Shown here: positions 48,101 through 58,349 of the stretch, one piece after another
Layout: the number at the start of each line of letters is the position of its first letter
How positions within the stretch are numbered: position 1 is the stretch's first letter
Source of the DNA: Macrostomum lignano
Taxonomy: Eukaryota
Reading direction: 5' to 3'
Assembly: GCA_002269645.1 (NCBI GenBank)
Contig: NIVC01003000.1
Location: 1 to 64,000, forward strand
DNA length: 64,000 nucleotides
The notes under the pieces: generated by a model
The model's database searches: none
What the model was told of the DNA's origin: nothing
What the model saw: only the letters and a program-made list of their open reading frames with translations
Made by a program: the position numbers and the translations under genes

Positions 48101-48806
48101 TGAAACTGCTGCTCCACTTGATCCAGCTCGTCCAGAAGTTTGTCTCGAGCTTCTTCTGTGGCTTCTTGCTGAAGGAGCTCATCATAGAATTCGTCAAGCA
48201 GCTTCACGCACTCTTCGTGTGCTGCAGTGGCTGCATCGCACGCTTGCTGGATCGCTTCATGATCGGTGTCGCTCTGTAGCAACAGTACCAGACGGTTTCG
48301 ACTCCTAGTTGCTGCAGACTTCGTTCTTGCCTTCACTCGTCGAAACTGTTCGATGCGAAGCCGCTCCTCAGTGCTGATCTCTTTTTCTTCTTCATCTTCT
48401 GAGCAGCCAGTCTGCTGCTGATTCGATTCGTGGCTGGCCATTTACCTGAACCACGCTCTGCTACCAAAATGTTAACAAGAGATTCTTAAGAACTGAGAAC
48501 TCAGCACTTGGCGGCTCGCCTCGCAATTGACAATCGTAGCAGAGCAAAATCACCAAGGGGGTACGCGCAGTCTACTCTTGAGCTAGGTATATTTATTCTC
48601 AATATAATATATGGCGGGGTTGACACAGGCTTTAGCGGGGGGTTGTAAGTGTGCATGACTTGCAATGTACGTTATAACAAATCAATATGGAGGCGGTGAG
48701 AAAAGGTGGCGTGAGGCGCGGAGGGTGGCAGGTCCACTAGGCGAAGCATGAGTATAAGTAAAAGTACAGACGTACAATCAATAAGAAACCTTCACTCTTC
48801 AATCCA
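45104..48806 (-). mobile_element. BEL/Pao LTR retrotransposon, internally deleted (non-autonomous)
   Basis: LTRs 48470-48806 and ~45104-45440 (~337 bp; about 3 internal differences and a ragged outer end of the 3' LTR); PBS TGGTAGCAGAG at 48456-48466; PPT AAGAAGGGAGG next to the 3' LTR; ACCA duplicated at 45100-45103 and 48807-48810. Confidence 0.9.
45607..48441 (-). pseudogene. BEL/Pao gag-protease-partial RT, frameshifted and truncated
   Basis: ORF 46546-48441: DUF1759-like gag, three Cys-His knuckles, protease ALLDDAS. 46073-46519: LGW, LRKFWEVE. 45607-46095: RT start (KVRIVFDAS, GPKLQ, DISEMYLQI). No YVDD, RNase H or integrase before the 3' LTR. Confidence 0.85.
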
Positions 48807-50338
48807 ACCAGGCCTACACAGTAACGTCACTCGGTCTGAACAATTACATTGCAATAATAGCATTGAATGAAGAAAACTATTTTTAACTGGCGTGAAGCAA
48901 TGACTGAATTGTCATTGCTATGCACTTTTGGTGACAATAGCACGCGCGTGGGATGCGTGATAATGTCATTTTGGACATTAACACGCAACGGTAATTTAAA
49001 CAATAACAAAGGGTAAATTTTATTTTTTTATGTTAGAAAAACATCAAAAACTGTTCAACAAAGAAACCGTATGTTAATCAGTTAATACCAGGCCTATATA
49101 GTAACGTCACTCAAAAAGAATATCGATCGGATTGCGACTGCCGCCAATTACTGGTCACTTTCATCTTCTTTGACGGAGCAGCCTGCACACGTAGTGTGCC
49201 GTCGGTCTGGACAGGCTCTTGATAAACATCCGCACATTCCTCCAACGTAGCCTCGCTTATTGTGATTGGATTTTGGACGAGCTAGCTTATCAATCTCATT
49301 GACATTAGTTTCGGAAACTGTATGATCCAGCGCCTGATCCACAGCCTGAGATGCCCTATACAAACTGTGATCAAGACGCCTCGATAAGTAGCGCTTAACA
49401 GTTCGCTCACACTTTTGCCCAGTGATGAGCATGATCTCCTGGATAGTCTGGCCACAGGGATCCAGGTCGAACACTCTAGTTACTCTGCAGTTTAAGAAAA
49501 GTTGGCAACTGATTAATCTAGATGCAAATGTGTTCACAGAGAAACATTATAAATATGGTGGGCAAAAGCACAGGTCAAACTACCTACCGTATGCAGCGGT
49601 TGGTGTACACCCTACTAAGGCCTGATTTCTCACTGACGTTCTTCATAAACTCTTGAAGATAGCGAAAGCCTCTAGCAGTTTTCTCGGAGAATATATAGCA
49701 GTAGTAGGAGTTAGCAGAACACGGCCGCAGGAAATTCCGTGGAAATTCCGTCACTGGTTTACGTACTGGAGAGATGGCTCCTAGAGCCCTGATCGCCTAA
49801 AACTTACAAGCCTTCGCTGAGTACCAGGTATGGGGGAAGGATGAGCATTGCAACTACATGTATAGGATTTCATGTAAGCATAAAGCAGCGGTAGGAGCAG
49901 AAAACGAGAAGCGCGTATGAATAAAATAAATAGTGGTGCTGCGCGTATACTGTGCATGTATATGGCTGTGTCTGACTTTTGAGATGGTATAGAAATGCAA
50001 CTGTTTTTTAATCATTTATGCATAGTAGAAGATACTAAAATTATAATAGGCTCGTATGCTTTTAAAAATTTGCCAATTCGCAGGTTTTTGTTTGCTTACT
50101 CTTTCGGCCTGGAGCTTCTTTTTTGCAAAGTATGGCTGCGCCTTCTTCAGAGATCAATTAAGTTGTAAACTGATTTAAGGTAGCCTTGGATTTTCGCCCC
50201 CTCCAGATAACGCATTGCAGCGAAGTGATATCGGGGTTGTCTGGCTGGCTCGATAGGGGCAATAAAGTTTTGGACCATTACTGTTAAAGATTATATTCCA
50301 AGTTGTTTTCGTCATAAAGCAACGGTTTGTATTATGCT

Positions 50339-51897
50339 TGAAGTGAAACGAAGGCGCCGTTAGCAAGAGGATGGGAGAAATCAGCCGACACGCGCGTGAT
50401 GCGTGAACAAGCATCCAGCCTTGGCAGCAACTCCCCAGATGCACAAGATCTGCATGCCTAAAAATAGTCCTGATGATCGGCGAGCAAGAAGCCCAGCCAT
50501 GCGACCCTCGCGTGATGCATGCACAACCTCTGACCGACACTGCCTATTGGGCCTCGAAATCCCACTCTCTCTCCCTACTGCTCCTATTCCTCGTTGCTCG
50601 CGTACAGTGTGCTAGCTTATAAAATATACTGATTGAAGAGGAAAGATCCTCGCCTGAAGTTTGAGAATGTGACTCTAGAGATCACACAGAGAAAGTTACC
50701 ATCGAGGTCCATTGTTCGTTGTCTTCCTGAACTGTTGGCAGAAGGAAACGATTATAATATGGGAAAAACCAATATAATTTTTCGTTTCAATTGGTTCCCT
50801 GACCGCGTGAGTCACCGCTAGACAGAAGTCTCAGATACCATGCAGTTATCGCTCTGCTGCATGTCTTCAACAGCCATCCAAATGAATCGAGAACTGAGAC
50901 TTTCCTGCCTTCAGTAAAGGAAGACTTCGAACTAAACAAGACCAATGGACGAAGATCAAGAAGCGACGCAGTTTACCCTTCCAAGAAGAAACTTTCGTTG
51001 AGAGATCTACACAATCAATTTGGTCAAGACGGTATTTTTCCGACGTCATATTTAACTGCAATGTACCTTCAGCCAGCATCCCGATCTGACTGTCTACCAG
51101 ACGCTGTTTCAATTTGTCGAGTCTCCGTGTCCAGTCCTATTTGCGTCACTGTTTAGGGCATCGAAAAGCCCATTCAATTTGTCGAGTTTCCGAGTTCACG
51201 TCAATCCCCCTCTCAGATCTGATTAAATAGTCAAGAGGATGTGCTGGTACAATTCATCCACTGTTGTCACAAGTTCACTTTGCCCCTTGACCAAGTTTCG
51301 TGTTTCAACAAAATCAACTCAACTGCAAGTTATCAAGTGGGACTGCGTATCGCAAGCAAATGCACAACTGTACGCCATGTCATCATTGCTCCAAGCTTAT
51401 TTTCAACAGAGCTCGGAGGGCCTCGCTTCCCTGAAAAAAGAGCGACTGAAGTGAAACGAAGGCGCCGTTAGCAAGAGGATGGGAGAAATCAGCCGACACG
51501 CGCGTGATGCGTGAACAAGCATCCAGCCTTGGCAGCAACTCCCCAGATGCACAAGATCTGCATGCCTAAAAATAGTCCTGATGATCGGCGAGCAAGAAGC
51601 CCAGCCATGCGACCCTCGCGTGATGCATGCACAACCTCTGACCGACACTGCCTATTGGGCCTCGAAATCCCACTCTCTCTCCCTACTGCTCCTATTCCTC
51701 GTTGCTCGCGTACAGTGTGCTAGCTTATAAAATATACTGATTGAAGAGGAAAGATCCTCGCCTGAAGTTTGAGAATGTGACTCTAGAGATCACACAGAGA
51801 AAGTTACCATCGAGGTCCATTGTTCGTTGTCTTCCTGAACTGTTGGCAGAAGGAAACGATTATAATATGGGAAAAACCAATATAATTTTTCGTTTCA
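50339..51897 (+). mobile_element. TRIM-like non-coding LTR retroelement, 1559 bp, nested in the Maverick-like element
   Basis: TG...CA LTRs 50339-50789 and 51447-51897 (451 bp, no difference seen), PBS TGGTTCCCTGACCG 50792-50805, purine tract GAAAAAAGAG before the 3' LTR, 4-bp TSD TGCT (50335-50338, 51898-51901), no pol motifs inside. Confidence 0.88.
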
Positions 51898-52181
51898 TGC
51901 TTGCGTCGGCATAACGTTTTGAAAAAGGATGAAATGGGCCCTTTCGTTTTTATAAGATAATTTAAACTTGAGGCCGAGGGTATATGGAGTCTACATTGGC
52001 TGCTTGAATTTACTTGTGAATAAAAGACCATTATAAACGTATAACGCTATGCATTGAACTGGATCCTATTCAAGATCTGGTGGCCCGTTACTGCTGATAG
52101 TAAATTTGAAAAGAATATAAATAGAGAGGAGCAGCAGCTGAAGATCAAGTAGCGATTATTAGTGAATAATTTCAAATTAGA

Positions 52182-53624
52182 ATGTCGTCCGATTGGCAAC
52201 ACGAGGTGTGCATGACTTGTAAAAAATGCAAACAAGGTGGACTCCGACCGGATCGACATAAAAACTGCACGAACGTGACGAAGTGGAGTGTCTGCTGGCA
52301 GTGCTCAAAGGTTTCTCTATATGAAGCGAAGAAGAGCGCTAAGCAATGTAAGGCTCATCGGGGTCACCAATTGCTGCCTGGGACTAAAGACACAGCGCGA
52401 TCTTTTCGACGAATGGTAATGGGAGCGGCGAGGCGACACATGGAGCATCAAACGGCGGAAGTGGCAGCAGCCAAGCAGCGATCGAGCGTGCTCAGTCAAG
52501 TAATTAATGGTGTAATTCAAGCTCGAAACGACAGCCTAAGTTCCAGCGATGAGTTCGTAGACGTAAATACTAGAGAACCCTCGATACTTCCTCAGCCAAA
52601 CAATGGAATGGAAACTGGGACAGCTGACGCAGTGCAAGCCATTGCACCTATTAGATGTGCTCCATCCATAAGAGGCAAGCAAATGGTTCAAATCGATAGT
52701 TCGATGATTGAAGAAGAAGGCGACGAGATGGAGGAGGACATCGAACTTGACGGCTTTGCTTCTGCTGCTGCTGGTGTCCCGGTTGGCGCCGACTCTGCTG
52801 CTGCTGCAGCTGCTGGTGTCCCGGTTGGCGCCGACTCTGCTGCTGCTGCTGGTGTCCCGGTTGGCGCCGACTCTGCTGCTGCTGCTGCTGCTGGTGTCCC
52901 GGTTGGCGCCGACTCTGCTGCTGCTGCTGGTGTCCCGGTTGGCGCCGACTCTGCTGCTGCTGCTGGTGTCCCGGTTGGCGCCGACTCTGCTGCTGCTGCT
53001 GGTGTCCCGGTTGGCGCCGACTCTGCTGCTGCTGCTGGTGTCCCGGTTGGCGCCGACTCTGCTGCTGCTGCTGGTGTCCCGGTTGGCGCCGACTCTGCTG
53101 CTGCTGCTGGTGTCCCGGTTGGCGCCGACTCTGCTGCTGCTGCTGCTGCTGGTGTCCCGGTTGGCGCCGACTCTGCTGCTGCTGCTGGTGCCCCGGTTGG
53201 CGCCGACTCTGCTGCTGCTGCTGGTGCCCCGGTTAGCACTGACTCTGCTGCTTCAAACAAAATTCCAGCCGCAGTCACTGATGCAGCTGTTACTGTTGCA
53301 AATGGTCATGATGAGCTCAATGAGCTGCTAGCGTCCATCGACCTGCCAACGACGACGATGACGCCGGCAAATGTTGCTGATATTAATGAAAATGCTGGTG
53401 CTAACTATTTTACTTTAAATCTGCTATTGCCGCACGTGAGTGGAGTGGCTATGTTGTGCAAGTTGACGGCAATAAAATCACTCTTATCCCGATGTAATTT
53501 CCTATTTTATTTTCTCTGTACTCACACAAATTCGTTTTTATTTGGGTTGGTGTGGAGTGTGGACGTTGGTTACAATATATTAGAACCGTGGGTTGGTAAA
53601 GCATCCATGAGGATATTGGAGTAG
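52182..53624 (+). CDS. Orphan ORF of the Maverick-like element: Cys/His-rich N-terminus plus GVPVGADSAAAA repeat
   Basis: 480-aa ATG ORF; CxxCxxC...HxxC...CxxC...CxxHxxH in the first ~65 aa; ~36-bp coding tandem repeat at 52760-53250. The C-terminus may be spliced (GTGAGT near 53435). Confidence 0.55.
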   Translation: MSSDWQHEVCMTCKKCKQGGLRPDRHKNCTNVTKWSVCWQCSKVSLYEAKKSAKQCKAHRGHQLLPGTKDTARSFRRMVMGAARRHMEHQTAEVAAAKQRSSVLSQVINGVIQARNDSLSSSDEFVDVNTREPSILPQPNNGMETGTADAVQAIAPIRCAPSIRGKQMVQIDSSMIEEEGDEMEEDIELDGFASAAAGVPVGADSAAAAAAGVPVGADSAAAAGVPVGADSAAAAAAGVPVGADSAAAAGVPVGADSAAAAGVPVGADSAAAAGVPVGADSAAAAGVPVGADSAAAAGVPVGADSAAAAGVPVGADSAAAAAAGVPVGADSAAAAGAPVGADSAAAAGAPVSTDSAASNKIPAAVTDAAVTVANGHDELNELLASIDLPTTTMTPANVADINENAGANYFTLNLLLPHVSGVAMLCKLTAIKSLLSRCNFLFYFLCTHTNSFLFGLVWSVDVGYNILEPWVGKASMRILE

Positions 53625-54338
53625 AAAAAGAAATACTTGTGTGTGTGCACTATCCAAATATTAATATTCAAACGAAACCCATATCAGCTTCTGTTTTGCT
53701 CGTAATGGTTTTCAGGACTACTTCAAATGCTAGGGTGTGTTGCTATAGGGGATATAGGTTGATTAAATGGTTTTTATGATGTACTTTTCACCTAATATAA
53801 TTGCTTAATAAACTTATCTAATGTTTCGAACTCTTGGTCAGTGTTCTTCAAACTTATGCATGCATGCTGCAGTTTCAAATGGAGCTCGCTGCTGTTAATT
53901 GTCAGGTAATAAACATTGCATGCCCTACTGAATCAAAATAAACTTGCTAGTAAATTAGCTACAGTGAAAGTGAGTTTTCAAAGTTTTTGCTTTACTTCTT
54001 TATAAAAAATGGATCTAGATAAGTACGCTCATAGATAAACAGATTCTGTGTGATTTGATTCGCAAATTAAAAAAATCAGTGGATTTTTTTTGAATAATAA
54101 TTTAAAGTGGCATGTCTGTTAGACAACTGTCTGTTAGACAACTGTATAACGCTTTAAATTGCAAGCTCTTAGCGCGAATAAGTAAACTTAATCATTAAAT
54201 TTGCATATTTAAATGAAAAATTAAAAATTAATTAAAAATTAAAAATTAAAGTAACTAGGAGTACCTTCAGCATGCTCACTGTTAATCAAAATAGTTCGCA
54301 TTATAATCATAAACTACATGATGAGGGATGTGCCAAAG

Positions 54339-55379
54339 CTAAACCTTTCTTAAGTCTTTTTCATCCACCCAGCCTGTCGAATCGTAGCCGGCCCACTTGA
54401 CAAGATAGATTGACAACACTTTCTCAATCACGTATAGTCGCTGTGAGTCCGGCACCGCCTGCAGCTCGTGCTCGTGAAAGAGGCCTTGAATCTCTTCTCC
54501 CTTCATGTCTCGGATCTTGTACATGTAAGGATAATGTTTCGGAGCTTTTGCAACTACAGTGTACACTTCCTCACTCCAGTTTGCTTTGTACCCTTTTTTC
54601 AATAGCCGGGGCGCGTTAGAAATTCTTACAGTTTGATTTTCACTGAACTTTGGTTTCCTGACTTTATCCAAAGTTTCTATTGCCTTGCCATCATACAGGT
54701 TCATCCACACTTCCGACTCATTTTGCTTGCAAACATTTCTTGGCGCCATTCTGATGCTTCTGTGAAAAGTAGCATTGTACGACTTCACTAACTTTGGTAG
54801 CACATCTACCCAGTGCAGAGTGCTGTTGTGAGTGAAGTATCGCCACATTTTATTCTTCAAAGTTCGGTTCCATCTTTCTACAATCGCTGCTTTCTGCTCG
54901 CTGTTTGTTTTAAACGCTAAAATGCCATTCTCTATGCAGCTCTGTCGAAAGCTTGAGTTGACAAATTCTTTCCCCTGATCTGAGCGAACTGTTCGCGGCC
55001 TGCGCTTCGTGCTCTTCAAAATTGCCTCGAAAGCAGACCGCACTTCTGCTGATTTATTCTTTAGTGGCTTGGCCCAAGCAAACTTTGACAGCACATCGAT
55101 GCATGTGAGGATATACTTGTATCCGTGATTGTACTTTGCGAACGGAATCATTTCTACCAGATCCAGTTTCCACTGATCATCCATAGCTCGAACTACAATT
55201 GGTGCTCGGGGATAGTTTCTTCTTGATGGTTTGTGTAAAGTGTAAACTGCCTGTTCGTTAAGCCAATTCTTAACAGATTTTTCTCCCACTTTGATACCTT
55301 GTTTTCGAGCCTCATTCAGAAGTTTGTTGCAACCAGAAAAACAGGCAGGCTGCTCGGGATTAAAGAATATCTTTTCCAT
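54339..55379 (-). CDS. Maverick/Polinton-type retroviral-like integrase (rve) with C-terminal chromodomain-like segment
   Basis: 346 aa; YTLHKP, QWKLDLVEM (D), IDVLSKFAW, RSDQGKEF (D), KAAIVERWNRTLK (E), NWSEEVY, YVIEKVL...YLVKWAGY. Confidence 0.88.
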   Translation of the reverse strand: MEKIFFNPEQPACFSGCNKLLNEARKQGIKVGEKSVKNWLNEQAVYTLHKPSRRNYPRAPIVVRAMDDQWKLDLVEMIPFAKYNHGYKYILTCIDVLSKFAWAKPLKNKSAEVRSAFEAILKSTKRRPRTVRSDQGKEFVNSSFRQSCIENGILAFKTNSEQKAAIVERWNRTLKNKMWRYFTHNSTLHWVDVLPKLVKSYNATFHRSIRMAPRNVCKQNESEVWMNLYDGKAIETLDKVRKPKFSENQTVRISNAPRLLKKGYKANWSEEVYTVVAKAPKHYPYMYKIRDMKGEEIQGLFHEHELQAVPDSQRLYVIEKVLSIYLVKWAGYDSTGWVDEKDLRKV

Positions 55380-55749
55380 TTGCTAAAAAATCAACTGAGA
55401 CAGCTTTCTTTCTTAAATGCTTAAGGGCCTGCGACGAATAAAGTTTGAAAGAACAACAGTGTATTTTACATGCAGTAACATATATACGCTAAAGCAAGCA
55501 TTCAGCGGAGCACAACACAGTGAGCATTTACTTCAGTGATTCGATTCAGAACAGTTACAGACAAAAGAAAGGAAACTGAGTAAAGTTTAAATGAAATCAA
55601 GTTGTTAGTCAAATTGTTGAAAATGAAGTCACGCGAACTTCTGAATAAATTTTGATTTTTTACCACAATTTTTTTCTCGATTATTATAATTTTTATATGC
55701 GCATGGTAATCAAAGAAATACAAAATGCGAACGATCGCTGTCATTTAAA

Positions 55750-56454
55750 AACAAGTTCACTCATCATCTTCGTCCGAGTTCGGCAGCTCGTCGCGGGGCA
55801 TCCACCTCGGCCTCTTGACCGCATCCTGCCTGCGCAGAGCCCACGGTTGCTTGCTCTTTCTGCTGTTGTTCACCGCAGCCGCATGAGCCCGGAATTGATA
55901 CCATACCGGATCTTCTTGCAAGTTTGTGTCCTCTGACGGGATGTAGTAACGAACGTCAGGTCTGTTGGTGAGCGGGCCTCTTCTTCACCCTCATTCGGCT
56001 CAATCTTGACGGGAAGCTTCACGGTGACCTCTTCATCATTGTCAGATGAACTCAGCTCATAGTTCATTCGCATGCTTTGAGAGGGCTCTGCCAGCTGTTT
56101 GTCGATCCAGCCAGAAGCGTGTCACAGTTTTTGCCACAGAGGCACTGTTTTGCGTCTCAGAAACTCTTCGCAACAGTCCTCGGGCAGTCGCTTCAACCAA
56201 ATTGTTCCTTGTCTAACCTCAATAAACTTGTCAAAGCCCAATTTCACAACATTGGTTTCACCGCTTAGAGCAGCCTTCACGAGCGAGCGCTTTACCTCCT
56301 TCAGTTTCGCCCACTGATGCGTATTCAGATTGAAGCCGGGAACTCCAGGCTTGAGGCTGGCGCTGCTGCCATGCCGAAAAAACTTCCTTATGGCGATGAA
56401 TTTTTGCCCTTCAAATTCCTGCACCTGTACCTTGTAGCCTTCGCCGATGTCCAT
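55750..56454 (-). pseudogene. Tandem PC4-like (ssDNA-binding) protein gene with in-frame TGA and probable frameshift
   Basis: VQVQEFEGQKFIAIRKFF...LKPGVPGFNLNTHQWAKLK matches the PC4/p15 fold signature. ORFs 56122-56454 and 55870-56073 are the same frame split by one TGA (WQKL*HASGWIDKQL); a shifted frame continues ...ALRRQDAVKRPR...DEDDE*. Confidence 0.6.
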
Positions 56455-58349
56455 GATTCACGTGAAGTCTTCAGAGATAAAAAAGTGAAGTATGATCTTA
56501 AAAATGCTTTTCAAAGCTAGCCCTTTTATATCCTCATGGCGGAGTGGGGTGGGTGAATGCTAGGAAAGGGTTGGCCAGTATACATTAGTCTCCCCCACTC
56601 CAGATGCACAGCACTTCACACTGCAGGCACAGTGCTAGGCTGATTTCAATTCAAGCAAGCATATTACAAACATAAAACAGCAGCGGCTCCACCCAATTTC
56701 AGTGGCTTTCCCTGCGACAGAGTGCACCAACGCATTTACATAGGCGCTGTGTTCACACACTAGACAGCGATAGTTCGCATTTTTTGCAAAAAAGAAGCTC
56801 CAGGCCGAAAGAGTAAGCAAACAAAAACCTGCGAATTGGCAAATTTTTAAAAGCATACGAGCCTATTATAATTTTAGTATCTTCTACTATGCATAAATGA
56901 TTAAAAAACAGTTGCATTTCTATACCATCTCAAAAGTCAGACACAGCCATATACATGCACAGTATACGCGCAGCACCACTATTTATTTTATTCATACGCG
57001 CTTCTCGTTTTCTGCTCCTACCGCTGCTTTATGCTTGAAATCCTATACATGTAGTTGCAATGCTCATCCTTCCCCCATACCTGGTACTCAGCGAAGGCTT
57101 GTAAGTTTTAGGCGATCAGGGCTCTAGGAGCCATCTCTCCAGTACGTAAACCAGTGACGGAATTTCCACGGAATTTCCTGCGGCCGTGTTCTGCTAACTC
57201 CTACTACTTATAGCGATTCGCTGCATCTCGACTGTCTAATGACCTTGGGCATGATCGAATGACGTGCAAATCAAGTCGAACTCGCCGGATGTTACTCCTG
57301 AAATCTCACCATTCGGCATAGCTCCGTAGTTAAATAGAGGCAGAACTTCTGCCACTGTAGTTGGCTCTGCGTCAGCCATGGCGATTTCGTTTGCGTAAAT
57401 GAAAGATGCAAGCAATCAAATCTGCTGTCTTTCTACTCAGCTCTCTTATCCCTTCTGTCTCCCTTTTTATGGGGTCAAAAAACTACAGTGCTTATTAATG
57501 TCGATGTGGGCCATAGACTAAAATTTATTTAAATTTTATTGTAAAAAGTGGGAGCTTTGCCCCCACATCCCCATTATCACTCTCCCCACCTCGACTCCTT
57601 CCGGCATCAACTAATGCCATAGACGAAAGCGCATAGCAATGTTTCTACTGCACTATTTTTGAGTGTTAATGTCATTACCACGCTCGCGCTAAGGGGTGTG
57701 GGGGTGGGGCGGCGAGCCCCCACTAGCCTTACTAATGCCAGGGGTGTGGGGCGCGGCGAGCTAATAACATTAACACTCAAAAATAGTATAAGAATATATC
57801 ATTGAGGACCAAAATATCGCAAAATTTCATCCAATAAATTGGAAGAACCTGCGGGTGGAATCTGTCGGCGGAGTGACGAATGAAGAGCTTTTGGACTTCT
57901 TGAACTTTAGATACGTAAAATACTTCCGATTTTCCGATTTTTCTGAAACTTTTAGAGGGTGTCCAAAATGATAATTAAGAAAAAACTACAAAAAATACCC
58001 TCAGAGGTAACTCGAGCTCGATTTGTTAATCTATGTTATTAGTGATAATTTGATACAAACAGTTTCGGAGAATTGTTGCGTTTGAAAAAGAACTTTTTTA
58101 GAATATTAACTTTTAATCGTATATACGAGCCCGTATATTTGATGAAAAATTTGATGAATTTATTCTTGAGCAACATCCAGAGGATTTGAAACAAACGGAG
58201 TGTCTATTCTAAGTTTCATTTACTCAATTTGTTATAGTGCAGCGACAGTGCCACTTCAGTTTAGTGGTTTTAATAATGCTGACTCACGGTTCGGCACCAC
58301 CCTCACCTACCGCTTTTTAATTCGTTGTCGTTCTCTCATCGTTGCGACT

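Larger units (their letters stand above)
49700..57208. mobile_element. Miniature Maverick/Polinton-like DNA transposon, 7509 bp
   Basis: TIRs 49700-50129 and 56783-57208 (near identical, one 4-bp indel), termini AGTAGTAG...CTACTACT, exact 6-bp TSD TATAGC (49694-49699, 57209-57214), Maverick-type integrase inside. Confidence 0.9.
49148..57380 (-). pseudogene. Crypton-like tyrosine recombinase (DUF3504-like) remnant interrupted by the Maverick-like insertion
   Basis: Removing 49700-57208 and one TSD gives an open frame ...DAANRYIFSEKTARGFRYLQEFMKNVSEKSGLSRVYTNRCIR, a GT-AG intron 49587-49485, then VTRVFD...IQEIMLITGQKCERTVKRY. This matches the YR motifs YTNHxxR and IMxITGHK...Y, with both His changed. 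Confidence 0.6.

Noticed and set aside
50175-52031. 97-aa minus-strand ORF restored by removing the TRIM
   Set aside because: The frame does rejoin, but the peptide is short and has no recognisable motif; compatible with chance.
56122-56124. Selenocysteine or programmed readthrough at the TGA in the PC4-like gene
   Set aside because: No SECIS recognisable by eye and the same gene has a probable frameshift, so decay is simpler.
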